Assembly: GCA_024704765.1 (NCBI GenBank) | Contig: JAKMXF010000166.1 | Span: forward strand, 708,743 to 772,742 | Direction of reading: 5' to 3' | DNA from: Oopsacas minuta | Lineage: Eukaryota; Animalia; Porifera | DNA length: 64,000 nt | In this document: piece by piece, positions 52,090-64,000 of the stretch | Position numbering within the stretch: the first letter of the stretch is position 1 | Layout: every line of letters starts with the position of its first letter | Translations under genes and position numbers: made by a program | The notes under the pieces: generated by a model | What the model was told of the DNA's origin: nothing | What the model saw: only the letters and a program-made list of their open reading frames with translations | Databases searched by the model: none

Positions 52090-53300
52090 TCTTAAGTTAT
52101 TAAAGTAGATGTTGAAAACGCATTATTGACAAATTCTTTTGAATTTTCTGAGTGACCTACATAAGCAAAACTAGAATTCCATTTAACTGTTGCAATACTG
52201 AGTAGTATCTGTGCTAGAGAGTTCCAAAGATATCTGGAACTTCCAAATTCTTTCTCCGAAACATCAAGCAAACAAAGTGCACTCAATACATTGTGATGTA
52301 ATGAAGTACAGGTTAGAGTCAAACCATTTTCGTTTAAGTTACTAACATACTCAGAGGAAATAAGATTGTTGTTCAAGGAGCCCAAACAAACTGGACAGTG
52401 GGTATGTTCTGATAGCTTCAAAGATATATACCCTGAGATATGAACGACTACTTGTTGAGAAGTATGACTCAGCTGTAAATGATTGTAATCATTAATGAGC
52501 ATGTTCCTTGCAAAGTCGTAGAGAATGAATTAGAATGAGATGTAGTTGATAAAGAACTGATGTCAACATTTCGCTTTAGGAGATATTTCAGACTCATCAG
52601 GAAGGTAAGGTTTAATCATCTGGTAATATTTGTCCTGAACTTTGTAATTCATTAATAGACGAATGTAAGCATTCGAGTATGTTGGGTAGTTATCTGAAAC
52701 GATTGGTCTAATTCTGAATCGAGATTGTGTGAGGAATAACAAACATCGCTCCAGATTCCGATAACAACATCACCTGTGTTTTTAACTAGAGATACTGTTG
52801 AAATCACAAATTAGATCGACTTCATGAGTGATACGACCATAAAGCATAATATGCTTGTGTACGTTTTCAAATTAGGATTGCAACCAATTAATGTGTGTCC
52901 ACTAAATTGAACTTAGGATTTGAGAGACATTTCATCAGGTAAAATTGCAACATCAAACCCAATAAAGTATGAGTCAGGAAGAAATTGGAGGCATGGCAGT
53001 TGCTATAGAAGGGGATTTAAGCTTTCGAAGTAGTAAGTTGCTTGGGAGAGGAATATATTTCTTAAGAAAACTATAAGCGGAATTAGAATTATACCTAAGC
53101 ATTAAAGAAAACAGATAACTTATGATGAGTACTTCGGTCTACGGCAAGGACTGGAATAACAAAGTTGGATTAGTTCCTTTATGACATCGACATCATATTT
53201 AGAACGATTACAAATCCTGGAAATAAGGCAAATATTTGAATATGCATACGATAATATACCTGAAAGAACTATTTGAGTATTTTGTTAATAATGTCCGGAT
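52090..53300 (-). pseudogene. P-element (THAP9-like) transposase remnant
   Basis: FDVAILPDEMSL; C-terminal VVHISGYISLKL..HCPVCLGSL..NENGLT matches the P-element YIAGY..CxxC..RGGL region. Confidence 0.7.
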
Positions 53301-53699
53301 TAAATCGATAAATCTATTATACAATTTGTAGATGGTTTGTTTTCGTTCGGAATTGATTGAGGAACTGAAAAGAGCTAGAGACTTGAAATTTGGGATGTGT
53401 GTGATGTGATAAAAATTACGAAATTGTCATAATGGGGTAATACACAGCAGCAGAATTCAAATATACTATCAATATTTTTCCATCTCATTTGAATTCATTG
53501 CAAATTGGAATTAATTATTTAATTTGCTCATGATCTAATTGATGAACAAAGTGACTAGAAACTATCTATTGAGAAAATATTCATCAATTTAGTCAGAAAC
53601 AATGTTAACTAACATAATCAAATATATCTTTGACGTATATTATCCCATGCAGAGCAAATATTCACGGTATTTCCTGGATTTATATTTGTATGTTTAGTT

Positions 53700-55330
53700 G
53701 TGTGCAAGTACATTGGTTCAGTTAGTGTACATGGCGGACGAAATACACGAGAGTGATAAAAATTGATTTATCATCAGATTTTGAGTCTGATGAGAGCAAC
53801 ACCTTCTCCAATTCGATTGCAGTAAGAAATTCTACTCTTAACACAAGTAATTCTCTATTCACAACACCAATTGGTATTATTCCACTTCCAATAGGGTCAC
53901 CTACTTTGATAAATTCAGTAACAGATTCCACTTCCAGTAAATTCGAACCGAATTGTCTCAAGCACCTACATCTAGCACTAATGATTATGAAACTTCTGAT
54001 CATTCAAGAAATTCCCTTGAAAATGCTACGTAAATATACAAATTAGCTTGAAATCCAGCCAGTCTCTTTCAGTACTACAGTTAACGTTAGAATCACAGTC
54101 GATGTATGTAAACTGAGGAAGGAGACCTTACCAATTGATTTCCTAAAGGTGAATGGAAAACCGATGTGGGAGTAAAACTTATCTAGAAATTGGGCCCCGA
54201 ATTTCATGACAGTTGGTAGAAAGTTTGCTCTGATAGCAAATGGATCAGTTTCTGCTCCTACTAATATGGCCGTCAACGTATCTTCAAAATGTAACTGTTC
54301 ATTATCTATCCGAAATTAGGAATGTTTTGATGATTGGACTACTAGAGCTAGTAGATTTGAGTATAATCATGATCTGACAACAACAGTAGGTTTATGTTTA
54401 GCAGATGATTCTTACGTTTTATCCTCAAGGAATTTGGGGATTTAAGAACCAAATTTCACCGAGCTGGGTTATCTGATTCTAAAATATGTCAGACTTTTCA
54501 GAGTGAGGCATTATATAATACAGTATATGCCGAATGTGAGAATCCCGGTTATATGAATATGCCTGTAACAAGAACCTTGACATGATTCATGGGATCATTT
54601 GCCAAATACTCTATGGCATTGTTACCTGATATAAGAACATTCTATGCCGGTTATAAGAACACTCTTAGAATAGTAATGAAATTGGTTCTTATTACAGGTA
54701 TGAGAATTTCTGTAATATAGTTCCTAAATCCAAATTTGTCTGAACGAAGTGCTCTCATAACCGACATCCTCTATACGCTACTTACCGGTTATAAGAACAT
54801 GCGGGATATAAGAGCATTTTGTCCAGTTCCGGACGATGTTCTCATAACCGGCATCCAATGTAATTCGCCTCTGACTTGGACATAGCAAGACATATATAAC
54901 AAGTTTACTTCTTACCCAGGATATAGAATTTTAGATGCAAGTAATTTTTATTACATTTTGAAAAATGTAATTCTGAAGAAATTTATATTACACTCAACTA
55001 CCGATTCAGATAGTTCCTTAGGCAAGGCGTTTTGGGTTCTCAAAGGAGCGTTAGGTTTGGATTGAGAATGAAGAGTGAAATCCTATAATCTATGATACTT
55101 CACATGGAATAATAAGTGCGGTCTAAAGTTTGCAGGATTTACAACAATTGATAGTAATGGTTAGGCAGTTATTTTTGCTTGCTCTCTTTTGAGGAGCGAA
55201 ATTAAAACTTATTTTGTTTGGACATTTAGCATTTTATATGGTCTTCAAACGACCCCCAATCGCAAATTTCACAATGTGGCCTTAGACTACCCACCTTTTA
55301 TATACATTTCACCTGCAGAAAATTTGTATG
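53700..55330 (+). pseudogene. MULE (Mutator/FAR1-like) transposase remnant, interrupted by a MITE
   Basis: WTTRASRFEYNHDL (FAR1-type HNH); YDTSHG.NKCGLKFAGFTTIDSNG*AVIFACSLLRSE..YFVWTF (MULE core). Confidence 0.65.
54521..54860. mobile_element. pogo-like MITE, same family as 57954-58346
   Basis: TA|CAGTATATGCCG...CCGGCATCCAATG|TA, internal CCGGTTATAAGAACA repeats. Confidence 0.75.
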
Positions 55331-55559
55331 TTCACATCAAACTATTGAACCCATCGAAATTTATCTGACAAATATAATTGTGAAACTGATGAAATACGAC
55401 ATATGATTCAAAATTGTAGGCATACACTCTTGCAAACGGATATGTCTGTGAATACGCAAAAAAGGAACAACTGCTAATTCCAAATCCCAAGCATGCCAAA
55501 AGCTAAGGCGTCCTGTCAGTAAACGGATAATAGGAGCGAGGTAGTGTCTAATGATCGAG

Positions 55560-56700
55560 TAAAATAATGTTGTAACATCTCCAACGAATGACTATGGACA
55601 CATGCGATTCCAATCCTGGTTAAAACTTGCTGATCTAAGCTTAGTTTTAATAAATGCCTGGGCGTCGTTGATTAAGGTGCATGCGCTTTTGAACTTGTAT
55701 TTGGTGCAGAGTTTTTTGAAGATTTTTGGCATGTATTGGATCGCCATAGTGTCGGCTTCTCTACTGAACTGAAAACAACTCTTTTAGCAACTCCTCAAAG
55801 TCAGTGCCCAAGTCCTTCAATTCACTATGGTCATGAAATTTTGTATGCTATATAACTCAGAGTTAAGGAGGTCAAATGCTTTGACAATATTTGAAGCATT
55901 ATTTAAGATTATAAGAGCAATTTGGGCTTTCCTGATACCAAAGGAATTATGTACCGAGGAGTATTTCTCTATTATTCGCTCAGCCATGGGTGATGGAAAT
56001 CATCAATTGCTAAAGTTCTTTTGGTTACACATTGTCAAAATAATAGAAATTAAGAGTCTCGTCGTAAAAGGAACCTTTATAACCTTTAGGGGTCCAACAA
56101 TCAACGCAGACTTGGAAAAGAGGAGTACAGGATCCTTAGTAGTATGTGAGAGAGTTGTAAGTCCGGAATTTATCTGAGATTCGATTAAGTTCGCCTGCAT
56201 TGTTATGTTATTATAGATTGTTTGGTGATGGTGAATTCCAAATTTACCATCACTAACATATAGCACAAATTTCAGAAAACCATATCTGTGTTTGTAAACA
56301 TGTGTGCACTCGACCTTGGTGACACAGCAACAAAAGTAGAAGGCAACTTATTGAAGGTGTCTCTAGCGATGATGTTGTTGATTGCATTGACATGAAGGTT
56401 AATCAATACTCACTGATTCCTCAACATTTTGACAACGGAATCTGCGATACTATTCTCACCTCCTATCCTCTTTACTTTCCTGGCTTCTTCACCACCTTGG
56501 CATTTGTAGCCTGTTGCGCAAGTGTCATCCTTCATCAAATGATAAAGGATGACGTTGGCGTAGCTGTTCGTTCGATTTGAAGATAAAAGAATTCTGATCC
56601 GCACAAGTCAAAATGCATTCAAACAACTCAACATTCTTTTAAAAAATCATAAACCGTTGAAGAGTTCTTCTTGCCACTGAAATTGTTAAACATTGTGCAA
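55560..56700 (-). pseudogene. hAT transposase remnant
   Basis: FPSPMAERIIEKY..FGIRK..IILNNASNIVKAF resembles hAT HTAxxI..TDNASNMVKAF; BED-finger-like remnant near 56600. Confidence 0.65.
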
Positions 56701-57242
56701 ATAAATGTAATTCAAAAGTCAATATGTAGCACACTTACTTTGTAATGAAAATTTGTTATTATTTAGCGAACTTTTACAATCAATCCGCTAGGTAACGAAT
56801 AATACACAGATCATGATCCAATAGTAGCATAGTATATCTATATACTAGTAGTCTGTATTCTATATGTTATGTGGAATCCGCATAATTTTACATGTCAAGT
56901 GATAATTTTAATAGATACAGATGTGTTAATCTAAAATGATAGTATGTATTCATTTACAACAAAAATATTTGATTAATGATGAATTTGAGGGAAGAAACTC
57001 AAGGGGGATGAACTGAAACTGAAAATACAGTATTTTTGTCAACTGAAACAGTAACTGAATATGAATTGTGTATTTTGTTAACTGAAACTGAAATTGATGG
57101 ATTTCTATTTCAGTTAGCAGCACCATATGTGTTTCGTTCATACTCAGTCCTGGACCCGGTAGAGTTTCAGAAGATGCACGTAGATCACAGTGAACAATTG
57201 GCAAAATCCAATTGAAAAAATGCAACATAAATAGAAACGTAC

Positions 57243-57469
57243 TGATAATTTCTAGTGATAGACTCTGTACACGAATTGTAGACAATAGAACTAGGAGGAA
57301 AAATAGGTTGGGAATTTACGAATTCAGCATCAATGGCTTCTACAGTTAACCTTTCATCAAATTCTGGAAGATCTTGGACAGTAACAATCACATCAGCGTG
57401 GATCTCAGCAAAAAGAGCTATAAGAGGAGAAAAATCACAGTGATGTAAGAACTCATGTCGAAGAAGAAC
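57243..57469 (-). CDS. SLK: SLK/STK10-family kinase, exon covering the end of the kinase domain
   Basis: VLLRHEFLHHCDFSPLIALFAEIHADVIVTVQD resembles SLK [33 protein letters not shown]. Polypyrimidine acceptor ctAG|GTT, donor CA|gtacgt; phase matches the exon starting at 39953. Confidence 0.78.
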
Positions 57470-57953
57470 CTAGTATTAAGAAGAAAGGAAGAAATTAAGG
57501 AGAATTAAAGTGAATATGAAAAGAGTGAGCACAACGAGTAACTACTATTTGGTTATAAACGAAGAATATAATATATAGTGGAATCGTACATGTAAAGTAA
57601 AAAATTACTAAATCCAGGGGAAACATTGGATATTTCGGCCCTTTTGCTCGTAAAAGAGACGAAAATCGTATTATTTGATACAAAATTTGAAAGGCATGGA
57701 CAGTTAAGAGAATCCAGGGATTTCAATAAAATATCCAGGGAAACAGTTAAAAGGGTTCGTGAGTATGCTATAGCCAAGCACAGAATTAACTGCCAATGCT
57801 ATTAATTATTTTCGATCGATGGTGCAGGTAAAGGGATGAAACTTTCAGGACAAGAAGACATCTACTATTGGCAAGTTTCAGTGGAATCACTGAAGCTAGG
57901 GGGCTATAGCCCCCCTAATTCTTACAGAGTATGGGCCACAAACATTAATTATA

Positions 57954-58346
57954 CAGTAGATGCCGGATGTAGGAACGCAGATTTTAAAAACATGGCGGTT
58001 ATAAAAACCACAAATTGAATTACGGAATCTTATGTATTCTACTCTATGGAATTTTTAAGGTTTATAAAAACATTCTATGCCGGTTATTAGAACATCCCGG
58101 ATATAAGAACATCATACTAGAAAACGGTTACTATATACCCCTATATACATCATGCCGGTTAAAAGAACACTAGTAATTTAGTACTAAAAATTTGTTTTCA
58201 TTATCAGTATGTTGGTAGAATCGGCAGAAACTATATAGCTGAAATGAGATGCCCACACTACTATATACTAAATATCGGTTGTAAGAACATGCCGGATATA
58301 AGAACATTATTCCACTTCCTGATGTTCTTATAACCGGCATTCACTG
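57954..58346. mobile_element. pogo-like MITE
   Basis: TA|CAGTAGATGCCGG...CCGGCATTCACTG|TA. Confidence 0.8.
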
Positions 58347-59849
58347 TATTTTTAAGGTTATTAAAACTGGCTAATCGTCCGAGTTTAGGCCAGGTGTCCC
58401 GATTTGAGACCATACATATAGTGTAATTTCAGATGAAATCGTGCAACACATTGAATTACTCTTTTGAGTATAACACTAATACTAATATGCTATGTCTCGC
58501 GCATATAAAAACAGTTTAGGATTTTGGTGTGGCCAGTAGTTTTACGGCAATGTGAAATGATAGTATTATATACAATCAGTTGAATAAAGATTTGAAAATG
58601 ATCGACAATTATTGAGTTCGATATGAAAAATGTGTTATTATACAATTCATAGGTAAGGAGTCATTTAGTCATATCTCACATCAAATATTTGTGTAATGTG
58701 GTTATGTGGTTTCACTCTCTTCCATATACGGTAATATCTTAATCTCGACTTTTACAAGTAGACTTAGATGAAAGCCTACTAAACATAAGGCCTAAAAGTA
58801 ACTGGAAATGTGGGATGTAGTATGAGCTGAATGCGTTTATAAACGTGGATCCTCTATTGCAGAAATATGCATTTTTGCCTGATTAAATACATCACATTTT
58901 TGTAGGACATTACACAAATAAATGCTAAGATTCAGGAGTGTGTCAAAAATATGTGTTGAATAAGCATATATTTAGTAAAATAAATAATCCTTCTATGCCT
59001 TGCACAACAACATTATTGTATTTATTAACTCAAAGTGAATAATTGTAATGATCTATAGATACTTTTAAACAAAATGTCAAAAAATTTGTAATTCCATAGC
59101 ATTCTAATACACTAAGGCAATGGCAGTCACAAATTCATATAGACCATGGATGCACTCATATATCCAGATAAAATGTCACACAAAATATCATCTATTGTTC
59201 AATTGGTATTTAAAAGGCTAAGAAAGAAAACTATCAATGGATCTTGCTAAACTTTCACAAGGATGCGTTTGCAGATGAATTTATTCATAACCCATATGGT
59301 AAAATTCTCTTTTCTTCATATATACAAATTCATATAATGAAATCATAATCTTTAAATACATTACTAAACATAAATTAACAAAGTGAATTTTTTACACTAC
59401 TAGCACTAGGCCAAATATATTAAGTCTTTCTATACAAATTGTCTTACATTTTTATTACTTTTACGTGTATCTTTAACTTAGCTACTGTCATCTCATTTTC
59501 TATCCCCTATGAGTTGTTTTATTCCTGGGTGTAATTCTAACTACAGAAGTACAGATTTACCTCCCTAAGAAAGTTTTAACTTTCCCAAAGACGAGTAATT
59601 GCGAAACAAATGGGTTTAGAATTATTCCTAGACCAAGGGAAGATTATGAAAACAATAAGGAGTTGAAAGTAAGATATTGTGTTTGGTTTCAAGTACGCCT
59701 ACATTCGGATTTGTAATCAATTTGATAGGACTGCGGTTAGCAAAAATCTTAGATTAGAATTATACGGCTTCAGGCTAGCAGTTTATTTGTAGCTAAGTAA
59801 TACAATTTCTTGATTGTATATTTGGTCTATAGTTTGTGCTTCTTTGACT

Positions 59850-60560
59850 TAATTAAGTTAACACTTTGCCGATAACAATTTTCTACCCCGTGATATAGGT
59901 ATCTACCAAAAACTTCCAAGAAGAGGATACTCAAAAAATCTTTCAAGTTTTTGATGGTATACAAATGGTGACATGCCAACGGGATCGTTTCATCCTAACG
60001 AAGTCTGCTGTATCCTGTGTCTTTCCTAATTGTCCCAAGTATATAACCAACACATCTGAAAATCAAAGTAGTTTTCAAGAGATTCTAAAGAGCTGGCATT
60101 CTTTCAAGCTGCACTGATTCAAAGCAGGTTATGCCGTATTTACATATCTCAAGAAGTCAAATGGTTGTCAGATATGTAAATCTTTCTTAACAACTGATAA
60201 ATTTATTCGAGGTATTGATGACGTGGGAGGTGAATTCATATTAATGGAATTATTGGATAGAGGTTCTCTAATGTATCCGCCTGCTCAAGTAATTGAAACT
60301 ACAAAGATTATAACAGAGGCATTTTGGAAAATTGATAATAATAAGGAATTATTTCAAGATTTTTTTAATGGTTTACCCCGAACCAAGCTTGCAAAATGAT
60401 CTTGCGCTATAATAGAGAATGGGCAGAGTGAAATATGGAAGAATTGGCATAGATATATTTATCTCATTGGGAAATATTAAAGCAACTATTACGAACTCTT
60501 TCTAATTACATCCTTCCTAACAAGGTTAAAACACTTAATGTGTTAGTATCAAGTAATAGC
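59850..60560 (+). pseudogene. Internally deleted P-element remnant
   Basis: THAP end LTKSAVSCVFPNCPKY joined to C-terminal MELLDRGSLMYPPAQVI. Confidence 0.55.
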
Positions 60561-60664
60561 AACGCTAAGCTTAAACAATACAAGAACTATTGTATTTGTG
60601 AATTCTTCTAGCTTTATCACTGACTTTCAAATCTACAAACTAAGGTATGTGAAGAGTGTAGTGG

Positions 60665-60809
<145 letters not shown>

Positions 60810-61329
60810 ATTCTATCAAAATATCCATTTTCTATCTATCAAAAGTAGTATTTAAGATATTAGCACATTGTGTTAGAATCAGTTAGATAGTATGATTTCT
60901 TTGTAATTCTTTGATATTGTATTTTGGAATTATACAATTTCTCACTAACTAGTATTAACTAACATTTTTGTAGTAGTAGTACTAATAGGGAATCGTGAGC
61001 TCAGTCAGAATAGCTATTAGGGGTTTCTAAATAACTACTAACCAATTTTAGGCTTATGACTTTGTTATGTCTCACGAAAATAGAATATTTCTTGCTCTGC
61101 AATAATATAGTTAATGTACAAATTTGAATATATGAGTGCATCCAAGGTACATATAAATTTCTGACTGCAATTGCATTATTGTTTAGATTGTTATGGCTTT
61201 ATGTAATATAATATTGTTGAATATCTCACTCTACCCATCCTTGGTTTTCCTATACATATTTACTGTATTTTTGTTAACTAATCGATTATTTTATGATTCT
61301 TGTCAACGATAACGGATCTAGAACAAAGG

Positions 61330-61900
61330 AACCTAGCGAAATTTTAAATATCTTGATGGAAGTGTCTTAAGGATTGCAATATTTTATGATCACTTTCTAA
61401 GCTAACATTTAAAGTATAATTATCAGTATACAGAGCTTCAACGAATAATTTTCAAGCCTCAATATCTGAAATGATATGTTTGATAGTGGAAAAACTATTT
61501 GTGCTGACAAAGTGCCAAGTAGTATCAAACAATGGTTTCAAGAATTTTTTTGTCAGACTCGAAACTATAATCGAAAATACGGCAGACGGAGGATCACCAG
61601 AGTCATCGATAGATCCTAAAATTTTCTCACCTTTCTAGTTCACATTACTTCGGATATGCACTTCATCCATTTGAAAACTTACGTGGCGGTCTATTTGGTC
61701 AAATGTTATGGAAGTCTCCTTCAATGTAAGTAATCATTCTCTAATCCGATAGAATTAGTATTTTGAATATTCCCTTCGTGTGGTACGATTAAGCAATTTG
61801 AAGATTGGATAAGTCGTAACTAGTATGAGATAGCCCATAAACTTTTATCACAATAACCTGAGTAAGAAATTCAGAGGAATTTCAATGAACTATTGAAAAT
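61330..61900 (-). pseudogene. P-element transposase core remnant
   Basis: HVSFQMDEVHIRSNVN*KGEKILGSID..VFSIIVSSLTKKF..LYTDNY (DE and second-D regions). The maT element begins just beyond it at 61916. Confidence 0.7.
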
Positions 61901-61915
61901 ATCAGTTTCAATATA

Positions 61916-63040
61916 CAGGGTGTGCCATAAGTTCTGAACAAATTTGTATTCAAATAATTTTATCTAACGGCATCAATATGTAAGATAACTAAATAATACA
62001 GAAAGTATATAATATATAGTTGTTAGAAAGAAGCTATGTAAGCTTAGTTCATCTCAAATCAGTTGCATTTGCCACTTATGCAACTCTTAATCCTAGTTGT
62101 CAATAAATTACAAGCACGAATAACTTAGACTTGGTCAGATTCTTTTCTACGCCTTTTTAGAGTTCTTTTAAGTGATTGAACATGGTCGTACGTGTGAGTA
62201 TTTACCTTGGATTCCAATCTCCTCATAAATTGTAGTCCCATGGATCAAGGTCCGGACTTGATGAAGGCCATTCTTCGCGGCATAAAAACGCCGGCACATT
62301 GGCCGATAGCCACCCCCCTGATTAATTTTAGCAGTAGGAGTCGGTTCAGAATCCTGTTGAAATATCCATTAGTTTCCATTCATCACAGAATTGGCAATAG
62401 GTTTAACACATATTTCTCCAAAATGAGGTCTTGGTATACCTGAGCATTGATTTTGTTCCCTTCTGGGATGAAAACCAAGGGAGTTTTATCGATCACAGAT
62501 ATTCCTGCCAACTATGATACTCTCCGGATGTCGACTCTTCTGAACAGTTGAAAAACTTTTCAGATATATCATTTCGTGATATGGAATAGATACAATAATT
62601 TTATAGTTGAAATTTTCCTCAATAGTGAAAATCTTTTCACCAGAAAACGTAATCGTATCAGGGTTCACTGATTTGAGCAAGGTAAGAAGTCGACAATATC
62701 TTTAACTCATTTTCCATTACGGTACTAGTAAGTGATTTAGTCTTGGCTCTTTTGAAAGAACGGTATCCAGGCTCCTTTGTAATAATTCGTCGAGCAGATG
62801 CACTAGAAATCTTTATTTTTGCAGCTATTTTCCGATGGGATAGTGTTGGACAACGTCCGAAATCTGGCGAACTTTCTTTTTGTTCACAGTTGCTCGGATA
62901 GATCGTGGTAGGCCAGATCGATGCTTATCTGAAATATTACCAGTCTCCCAGAAACATTTCAGTGTAAGAGAAATACAAGAACTGCTGAAAGTATTCGCTT
63001 ATACCCATACCAGAACTCATATTTCGTTGTTTGACAGTGT
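61916..63040 (-). mobile_element. Truncated maT-like transposon
   Basis: TA|CAGGGTGTGCCATAAGTTCTG terminus; TITFSGEKIFTIEENFN; WPSSSPDLDPWDY. Second TIR not found. Confidence 0.75.
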
Positions 63041-63735
63041 TGACAATATATAATACATAAGTAATAATTGATTCAATTTGGGGGATCATGAAAAGACCTT
63101 GGAATTTCCTTCCTTTCCCAATTGTGTTAGGGTTGTTCATATTTTGTATCTTCATCTAAAGTTTCACCGTTTCTATCCCTATCAAAAATCTTATTGTCAA
63201 GAAAAAAGAAAACCCACTGAAATATTCCTGTGCTTTGGAGGATTTAAAACGGTTATATAAATCGGACATTTCCATATCCTAAAGTGGGTCCCTAGACTAA
63301 CTTCTAAAGCTTGTTGGCCATCAAAATTAGAAAGACAAAATGTAAAGCTAGCACCACTTAAGAAATTTCATGAACCTTCACATTGCGGACTGAAATCTTT
63401 CAATATTGATAATGAAATTAATGAGAATAACACTGATAAACAACATATTTGATGATCCTCTTTCTCTATTATTTTTGCATAGTGTAGATAAGTATTGGGA
63501 ATTATTATGTATTATTTTTTCATTCTCAAGGGTACTAAAAGTGAGAAATTTCTATTTTGGTTATGTCGGTTTAATTGACTACATAGTCAAAATATTTCTA
63601 AATTCAATTCTACACATCACCCTTTTCCAATTTATTTGGTTGTAATTGCTTATATGATGTAAATTGCCTCTAATAGTAGTTATAATCTGTTAAATTCTAC
63701 TCGACATTTAGTTTATCTTGTTCATCTTATTGTTT

Positions 63736-64000
63736 ATGGCTTCTCGGGTTTGTAAAATTCTCCTGAAAAGTTGTATTATATTTGTGGGAGGTATACTACA
63801 ACTGACCAACGGCAAAATATCACAAAGGCTGAACAACGCTGTTATTTGGCATATTTTGGATGCCATCTTGGGGATCAAGATAAGCCGTGGGCTCCACACA
63901 ATGCCTGTAAGACATGCGTTGAGGACCTACCCTTGTGGTATGCTGGGAAGAGAAAGAAAATGCTTTTGGGCTCCCAATGATATGGAGAGAACCAATGTGT
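63736..64000 (+). pseudogene. Chapaev3 transposase N-terminus (copy 3), runs off the window
   Basis: MASRVCK..YYICG..GCHLGDQDKPWAPHNACKTC..IWREP. Confidence 0.85.

Overview
AT-rich eukaryotic (animal-like) genomic DNA. One host gene is visible: an SLK/STK10-family Ste20 kinase on the minus strand. Three of its exons lie here (57243-57469, 39438-39953, 10236-11352) and join in frame across GT-AG introns of about 17.3 kb and 28.1 kb; I found no kinase-domain exons in the window. Almost everything else is decayed, often nested, transposons: Tc1 DD34E, a DD37E group, maT DD37D, mariner, pogo-like MITEs, hAT, Chapaev3, P/THAP, MULE, Merlin and Ty3/Gypsy. The standout is a family of RAG1-like transposons. 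Two are complete (21681-27730 and 32413-37875), each ending in the RSS heptamer CACAGTG with a near-perfect 5-bp TSD, and one is a fragment (1-1110). They encode a RAG1-like transposase with an NBD-like region, DDE triad and C2H2 zinc ligands; one copy also has a C-terminal CCHC tail. They have no RING, no RAG2-like gene and no canonical nonamer, so they look intermediate between Transib and ProtoRAG. All copies are pseudogenised. Family calls come from motif recognition by eye, not database searches. The host species cannot be determined here; the TE set reminds me of glass-sponge assemblies, which is inference only.
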